Positions 59,001 through 64,000 of a stretch of 64,000 nt of DNA are shown here, in pieces (the first letter of the stretch is position 1; each line of letters begins with the position of its first letter). Source of the stretch: a virus (taxonomy: Duplodnaviria > Heunggongvirae > Uroviricota > Caudoviricetes); the IMG/VR virus record IMGVR_UViG_3300013126_000009; one strand, written 5' to 3'. Both the position numbers and the translations under genes were made by a program. The notes beneath the pieces are model-generated. The model ran no database searches. It was not told the origin of the DNA and was given only the letters and a program-made list of their open reading frames with translations.

Positions 59001-62000
59001 ACTTTACTGAAAACACGCTGTCCAATAATTTTTCACTAGGTAATTATCGTAGTGTAATGGGAATGTTCACTAGTTCATCAGCATTTATTAATGCTCCAGC
59101 ATTGTGGGTTTATTGGGTTGGTAGTATATTATGGCGATACGAAGAGTTTAAAAAAACTGGGGAAGACCTCATAATAACAAAAACTGTAGATACTAATGTT
59201 AATTTAGTGCCTGGTATAACAGTATATCCAAAACCAGATGAGTTATTTTTTAATTTATCAACAAAAGAAATTGATAATGAGGATAAACCAGCAATGTTTT
59301 TTAGTCCGACTGGTAAATATCGTAAGGTTGATGAAACATTATTAAAGTTACCAAAACAAGTAAAAGATGAGTTCATAGAAAGATTTAAAAGTTGGTCATA
59401 CAATGATATTTCAATAGACTCTGGCTTTAAATATTTAAGAACACTTTTAGAGGTGTTTCCAGATGGATACATTACAAATAGTAATAACTTAGCTAACCTA
59501 ACGACATGGCAAGGAAGTAGTGTTATAAACTATTCAGCTATGACAGCTAATGTTAGTATAGATAACCCATGGTATTCTAATGAACCGATAAATAGCAGTA
59601 ATTATAAGTATATATTCCCTAATAAACCACCAGTTGGTGGGGATAGTAGATTCTATTCATTAACTTTTGATTTTAAACCAGAATTAAACAACCCGTTGAT
59701 GAAGTTATTTAGTAAACAGTTGGTAATACTTAATGCATCACCGTATACTTTTTATCAAAGTCAAAGGGAGGATAACAAATTGACAGGCCCTTATAAACCA
59801 ATCACGGTTAAAAAAACGACATTTAAAAAATTCTTAGAAGTATTTGTTGAAGAATTTAGAAGACTTTATGATGAGTACCGTGAACAAAAAATCGATGAGG
59901 ACACAATTAAAAATGGTATTTTTAAAAGCACCTCAAATGATTTAATTAAATTACAAATTTATCGACATTTATCAGCAATAAATAATAAATGGATTGGTTC
60001 GGGGGAAATAGGTGGTCAAATGTTTTATCCCTGTTCAAATTATGGCTATACTGGTGAATATGATAACTTATTTGATTCCTTTATCTTTTTAGATAAAGGC
60101 TACAATGATATTAGCGATAAGTTTATACTCAATCCTGATGTTATTTCTGAATTATTAATTAAAAATTACAATCAAAGTTTTTTTGATATTATTAGTAATA
60201 TTTTAGCTAATAATAATTTTAACTTCATTCCGTTACCCACTTTTGTTAATTTTAAAAATGAAGCAGGTCTTAAGTCTGTATTTAGACCAATTAGTTATTT
60301 GGACATGGTGACTAATGACGAGAATATAACATATGGACCATCATTCGTTTGTGTCTATATTGGTCAAAACTCAACAAATTTAGATTTAGGTGAAAATAGT
60401 GATTTTATTGATGATGGTGTTGATTTTAGTCCGTGTGGCAAACAAATAAAAAGTTCAGCTTTTAATACTGATTTAAGCAAAAGTGAAAGGGCAATACCAA
60501 TATTTGAGGTAAATTATGCACAACAAAATCAAAACTTCTTCAAAGACTTAACCTTAGACCAAAAAGAATTTGTTGAAACTGAAGAATCATTGGTCATAAT
60601 TGATAAGTTAAGTAATAGCGGGGATAAAAATAATCCAGCATTTAAGGGTCAAAATTTATATAATGTGTATCAAACTAGAAGTTATAGTGCTAAAGTTGAG
60701 GCTTTAGGTATGCCGATGATACAACCTATGATGTATTTTCAGTTGAACAATATACCAATGTTTAGGGGTGGGTATATTATAATTAATACCACGCATAATA
60801 TCAAGCCGAACCATATGACTACTCAATTTACTGGTGTTAGAATTAAAGATATTGACACTGAACTAAATCAAGACCTTTACGAAATCAAGTCATTAATAGC
60901 TGGGTCAGAAGATTTAGCATCAATCAAATATGATTTAGATGAGCCAGCTGTGAATACAGATAGTACTACAGGTAATGAACCAGTTCCAGTTAAAAATGCC
61001 AATGAAGATACCGCTACTGGTAAAAATCAAGCTACAAATAGTACAAATACGAACATCTATCAATACAACTTCCAAAACTCAAATAGAGAATATGGTTTTA
61101 ACAATTCATTATTTGATAGAGAATCAAATACAATTAAAAATGGTCAAAGATTAACCTATAATCAAATATTCGACATCGCGGCTAAGTTAACTAAAGTTGA
61201 TATAAACGTTCTAAAAACCATATCAGTATTAGAAACCGTTGTTGGTGTTAATAAGGGTGGTATAGGTGACGGCATGAACCCACTTGGGTATGTTGGGTTA
61301 ATGCAGTTTGGTGTTGATGCGGCAAATCAAGTGAATAAATCGGTTTCAGATTTATTATTCAATAAACTGGAGGATTTCAATCAATATACATTTTTTGCTA
61401 ATGTTGACCAACAAAGAAAATCTTTAAAAATACCTATCCGTGATAAATATAATGCAAACCCAGCTGATAATAATCGAATAACAAATTCATTATTTGATGA
61501 TTTAATTTCTATCATTGCAGCTTCACAATTAGCAATATTTAATCTTGATACTAACCCAACATCACTACAAAATACTAGGGACGCATATTTGAGTCATCAA
61601 CAAGGTAAGAGTGGTTATAATACAATTGTAAAAAATAATTTGTCCGAATTGAGTGATGGTAGTGATTTATCGGGTAGAATGAATAATAACAAACCGTTAT
61701 ATGATAAAATAGACAATCTTAAAATATATCTTGATTGGTATAACGGTTGGTGTGGTAGAATTGATGCTGCTTATTATGAAATAACAAAAGAATATAAACC
61801 ATCGCTAGATGTACCGAAAACACCCAATGCTGATAAGTTAAGAGAAACCTTAAATAAATTAGATTACACTGAAAATGGTAGAGCGATAGATAACTCTGGT
61901 AATGACATAAGTACTGATATTGAGAGATACGCATCAGCCGTATTTAATAAAATTAAACAACTATACCCAACATATTATGTTCAGGTTACCGCTGGTAACG

Positions 62001-62395
62001 ACCAATCACATAAAGATAGCGCCAAAAGTAGACATGCAAAGGGTAACGCAATAGATTTTGTAATAGGTAATGGACAAAAAATACCAACACCGAGTAATTA
62101 TATAAGTATTCGTAACGACAATAAATCAAAACCATTAAACCAACAAACAGCTGTAACATACTCCCCACAGAATGAGATAATAATAAACAATGTTAAAAAG
62201 ATACTTCAAGGGTTTGTGGTTGGTCAAAACCCACAATTTAAATTTTTGGATGAATATAGATACCCATCACCAACAGCAACAGCTTCCCATTTCCATATTT
62301 CTTATGATAAAAATGGTGGTAACGAAGGTGATGCCTTTACATCAGAAGCTGTAGCAGCTTTAAATGCTGGTCAGATAACCGAATATACTGCTTGA
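56015..62395 (+). CDS. Baseplate hub-like protein with C-terminal lysozyme-like and peptidase M15-like domains
   Basis: 2126 aa; GMPMIQPMMYFQL..IPMFRGGY.I....H hub-like motif; ISVLET...GLMQFG...YLSHQQG; TAGND..SRHAKGNAIDF...HFHIS. Confidence 0.65.
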   Translation: MIDMDNTPKIPRALYVDPNNLDDNILTNTPINHEDLSIYVSLTTTSKSRSRIVNDTLTNSGNNIGFINFIHGSKVGSDDCDRSLTTSYTDISTTFDKPSGDDSLEGFGITSIDISFDTAYTPLVKINFIDTRGNMIARGNNSKYSMFFELPYPLFNLTVKGYYGKAVSYCLHLTKWNAKFNSQTGNFEIEAEFIGYTYAMLTDMLIGYLKAIPYTTIGSEEFINVKSDYDKKIVDADASKQTNTINDLLEKLAKLKGAIPDIKQNSESFQKLASLNKVNQILSQIKSLNREFILSLGDDANRIGSGISGNDFVYVKEKKDDVLNDYKSKLNEKISEINKYLKSTKFEPENMLPIISGPLTYQKIKIGDSASNIETSIDNFINASNNGYDKTIDTDKDRVTNLIRTNDSKLSKYTGNFYVYDLKKNAIEINEIIDANEVYDKELREEFSKEIRRYGKRNFDIDPTIGTIFRTLVASCDTFLRTIARVSDKASKSNDRIKQLESLLKAGSLNIKQNSDIYPWPEYNKDGNETWLGSVVDANEVDELKFVEELLEALIKSKRDDINLSSFLNNPPRTWFCLNPLDTPISIFGYNKNPYFRLGNKAKPDEYFRLLMYRMFIYLGIGNAGYDNNNVPNPDLLEFMAKFEAWNMFDGIGYDDSDFTKKSALVDFYKTADSVINSYTKGEFMISGDLKHPAGGTIYMDEVADEYKYTYINTEDTGRAYIPIDGDYDGIAFYNGFKLINNPALSGNVTSTYLGNYVNGTSEDNKVDDGATYLRIIDYTTYANSDYTLPVEKATKTYDDYKSSNLYGKYPEENSLNESGGASTDRPRLVKNTNPIERDKFGVTNFSKVKATYDEAKSISNSEGYSLMSPLFFSNTESNYGTKLGVNPKYVGSDKLTVTGGVPQRPVLYEFESNGSNIQIVNNQITNNNTENNVVTDISFGFSKTGASSSYLWGVSLFGSPLYYAQSISKSPDLAKSFLFLNTLPLKGLIDGTENNFTENTLSNNFSLGNYRSVMGMFTSSSAFINAPALWVYWVGSILWRYEEFKKTGEDLIITKTVDTNVNLVPGITVYPKPDELFFNLSTKEIDNEDKPAMFFSPTGKYRKVDETLLKLPKQVKDEFIERFKSWSYNDISIDSGFKYLRTLLEVFPDGYITNSNNLANLTTWQGSSVINYSAMTANVSIDNPWYSNEPINSSNYKYIFPNKPPVGGDSRFYSLTFDFKPELNNPLMKLFSKQLVILNASPYTFYQSQREDNKLTGPYKPITVKKTTFKKFLEVFVEEFRRLYDEYREQKIDEDTIKNGIFKSTSNDLIKLQIYRHLSAINNKWIGSGEIGGQMFYPCSNYGYTGEYDNLFDSFIFLDKGYNDISDKFILNPDVISELLIKNYNQSFFDIISNILANNNFNFIPLPTFVNFKNEAGLKSVFRPISYLDMVTNDENITYGPSFVCVYIGQNSTNLDLGENSDFIDDGVDFSPCGKQIKSSAFNTDLSKSERAIPIFEVNYAQQNQNFFKDLTLDQKEFVETEESLVIIDKLSNSGDKNNPAFKGQNLYNVYQTRSYSAKVEALGMPMIQPMMYFQLNNIPMFRGGYIIINTTHNIKPNHMTTQFTGVRIKDIDTELNQDLYEIKSLIAGSEDLASIKYDLDEPAVNTDSTTGNEPVPVKNANEDTATGKNQATNSTNTNIYQYNFQNSNREYGFNNSLFDRESNTIKNGQRLTYNQIFDIAAKLTKVDINVLKTISVLETVVGVNKGGIGDGMNPLGYVGLMQFGVDAANQVNKSVSDLLFNKLEDFNQYTFFANVDQQRKSLKIPIRDKYNANPADNNRITNSLFDDLISIIAASQLAIFNLDTNPTSLQNTRDAYLSHQQGKSGYNTIVKNNLSELSDGSDLSGRMNNNKPLYDKIDNLKIYLDWYNGWCGRIDAAYYEITKEYKPSLDVPKTPNADKLRETLNKLDYTENGRAIDNSGNDISTDIERYASAVFNKIKQLYPTYYVQVTAGNDQSHKDSAKSRHAKGNAIDFVIGNGQKIPTPSNYISIRNDNKSKPLNQQTAVTYSPQNEIIINNVKKILQGFVVGQNPQFKFLDEYRYPSPTATASHFHISYDKNGGNEGDAFTSEAVAALNAGQITEYTA

Positions 62396-62422
62396 TAAGT
62401 TTAATATTATTTAGTATCTTTG
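62392..62422 (+). promoter_or_regulatory. Bacteroidota-type promoter
   Basis: TTGATA-N17-TATCTTTG, 4 nt before the ATG at 62427. Confidence 0.7.
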
Positions 62423-62426
62423 CAAG

Positions 62427-63035
62427 ATGACAATTGGTTATATTATATCAGATGAACGAATAAAGCCCGAAAATAATTTCGAGGTGATATCCTATGCTGA
62501 CTATAATGAATTAATACATTCACCAGCTATTTTTATTGGATTTAAAGACGTTAAAACAATGTTTGGTGAGTCTATTGATATCTTAGATAGAAAGCTTGAT
62601 AACAATAAATATTGGACTTTCACAATAGATGAACACCGAAGTTATCATGACTTAGATTTATATGAATTTAAGAAGTATTGCTATAACTTAATCATTAAAG
62701 ATACTGATTATTATTTTATTGACCCATTACTGATGTCAGAAGATAAACATCAGAGAATGTTTGATAAAATAGAAAAAACCGATGATAAAATAATCACTTA
62801 TCACAATAAGGATATGCTTTATATCTATACCATGGGTGTTATCTTAGGTATTAATATAATGTTCTATGAATTTATTGGTGATGACAGAGAAAAAATAATA
62901 TCTAAAATAAAAAAAGTATCGGATGTCTTTCTGCAAGGTAACGAGATAATTATAGAATATAAAGATTTTATGGATATGTATGAAAATGATTATAAATACA
63001 TTCCATATTTATATTCTATACGTAAAAATGAATGA
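62427..63035 (+). CDS. Hypothetical protein
   Basis: 202 aa ORF. Confidence 0.75.
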   Translation: MTIGYIISDERIKPENNFEVISYADYNELIHSPAIFIGFKDVKTMFGESIDILDRKLDNNKYWTFTIDEHRSYHDLDLYEFKKYCYNLIIKDTDYYFIDPLLMSEDKHQRMFDKIEKTDDKIITYHNKDMLYIYTMGVILGINIMFYEFIGDDREKIISKIKKVSDVFLQGNEIIIEYKDFMDMYENDYKYIPYLYSIRKNE

Positions 63036-63432
63036 CAAACAAGTAATCATAGCCACATTTGTTGAAAAAAACAAGATAGAATGGTTTTATGGTTTTATGG
63101 AGGGCAGGTTCAACATCAAACAAAAACATATATTCACATATGTTAATAACGATAATCCAGAGCATTATGTTATGACATTCAGATATTCAGTTCCGCAAGA
63201 TGATAAACTTAATCTAAGCAAAGATTTCACAAATTCACTTATTGTACATAAAAAGGGTGATTGTCTTTACACAATAAACGGTCTGAATAGATTGATAGAA
63301 ACCCTTAATCCAAACGCGATTGGTAATATTGATTATACATCAGTTAAAATAGATTGGTCGGAATATCAGAATAAATTAATAACCTCTTTTGAAAATGAAC
63401 TCATTATTAATGATATAAAAAGAATTTTTTAG
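63028..63432 (+). CDS. Hypothetical protein
   Basis: Probable start MNDKQVII at 63028; HKKGDCLYTINGLN. Confidence 0.7.
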   Translation: MNDKQVIIATFVEKNKIEWFYGFMEGRFNIKQKHIFTYVNNDNPEHYVMTFRYSVPQDDKLNLSKDFTNSLIVHKKGDCLYTINGLNRLIETLNPNAIGNIDYTSVKIDWSEYQNKLITSFENELIINDIKRIF

Positions 63433-63480
63433 TCATTTTGAGATATTTACTTATATAACATTATTTAAAATTAATTAGTT

Positions 63481-63663
63481 ATGGAAAATAAAAGAGAAAA
63501 ACTTTTCACTGAATTGGATGAGTTCTTAGCTCAGAATGAAAACAAAGATAATAAAACCATCGAATGTAAAGATGACGTTTGCATAATCAAAAACGACAAA
63601 AGTCTTATTGAAGTTGTCAATAAAAAAGTAATAACACAGGACGGAAGACAATTACTTACTTAA
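63481..63663 (+). CDS. Small hypothetical protein
   Basis: 60 aa; CKDDVC...TQDGRQLL. Confidence 0.7.
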   Translation: MENKREKLFTELDEFLAQNENKDNKTIECKDDVCIIKNDKSLIEVVNKKVITQDGRQLLT

Positions 63664-63664
63664 T

Positions 63665-64000
63665 ATGAAGATAGAGAATAAAAATAAGCTTATCACTGAA
63701 GAAGCTAAACGATTTATGCAAATATCAGAATACTCTTTCATTGGTGTTAATGAAGCTGAGGATGATGAGTTAGATAAAGAACTTGCTGATTTAGAAAAGG
63801 AATTACCACCAGCAGATGATGCTGAAAACTCAGAAACACCAGAAGAACCTGTTGATGATATGGGTGGTGAAGAATCATTTGGTGAAGAAGAACCTGTTGA
63901 TGATATGGGTGGTGATGAGGTTGAACTTGATGTGACAGATTTAGTAAATACATCAAATGACCTTAAAGCTTCTTCAGAAGAGAATAGCGCTAAAATGGCC
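63665..64000 (+). CDS. Acidic hypothetical protein, truncated by the window end
   Basis: MKIENKNKLITEEAKRFMQISEY...EEPVDDMGG (x2; 30-bp repeat at 63841 and 63886)...ELDVTDLV; open to the end. Confidence 0.75.
   Translation, partial: MKIENKNKLITEEAKRFMQISEYSFIGVNEAEDDELDKELADLEKELPPADDAENSETPEEPVDDMGGEESFGEEEPVDDMGGDEVELDVTDLVNTSNDLKASSEENSAKMA

Noticed and set aside
63841-63915. 30-bp direct repeat with a 45-bp period
   Set aside because: It is an in-frame EEPVDDMGG duplication in an acidic low-complexity linker, not a regulatory or mobile element.
114-63956. Many short antisense or alternate-frame ORFs in the ORF track (e.g. 114..371, 22872..23249, 47696..48169, 63747..63956)
   Set aside because: They lie within longer genes that have recognisable motifs and look like shadow ORFs.
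1-64000. Alternative genetic code (TAG or TGA reassignment, as in some large Bacteroidota phages)
   Set aside because: Long genes are intact under code 11, and TAG ends several genes at sensible positions (35735, 36511, 45012, 63432). The sheath TAG at 42112 needs a frame change, not readthrough.
1-64000. tRNA or rRNA genes
   Set aside because: I saw no cloverleaf or T-loop patterns in the few short intergenic gaps. This is a by-eye check only, and tRNAscan-SE was not run.

Overview
This 64 kb window is AT-rich, densely coding and uses genetic code 11. It looks like part of a large (jumbo-type) T4-like myophage genome. Host-type promoters (TTG-N20-TAnnTTTG) and A-rich leaders without Shine-Dalgarno sequences suggest a Bacteroidota host. 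The left arm (1-23.8 kb, minus strand) has a gp55-like sigma factor, PhoH, dUTPase, degenerate HAD and HD proteins, a WYL protein and a large glycan locus. That locus encodes gmd, a eukaryote-FX-like fcl, a ColD-type 3-dehydratase, about 10 candidate glycosyltransferases and an FkbM methyltransferase. The middle has fibre-like genes, a family B DNA polymerase, a gp13-like neck protein, a glutaredoxin and an SNF2 helicase. The right arm (35.2-64 kb, plus strand) is the neck/tail/baseplate module with three endonuclease-type insertions. Main observations: (1) the phage-encoded fucose/colitose glycosylation island; (2) a +1/-2 tail-chaperone frameshift at TTT-TTT-TGG; (3) an endonuclease gene bracketed by duplicated terminator+promoter hairpins with G-U covariation; (4) a promoter/G6-N7-G6/AT-tract candidate R-loop origin; (5) a TATTTAT late-promoter-like motif; (6) an unannotated ~90-aa domain shared by the WYL protein and a tail-region protein; (7) a frameshifted tail sheath gene. 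All product calls come from motif recognition by eye, and no database searches were run.
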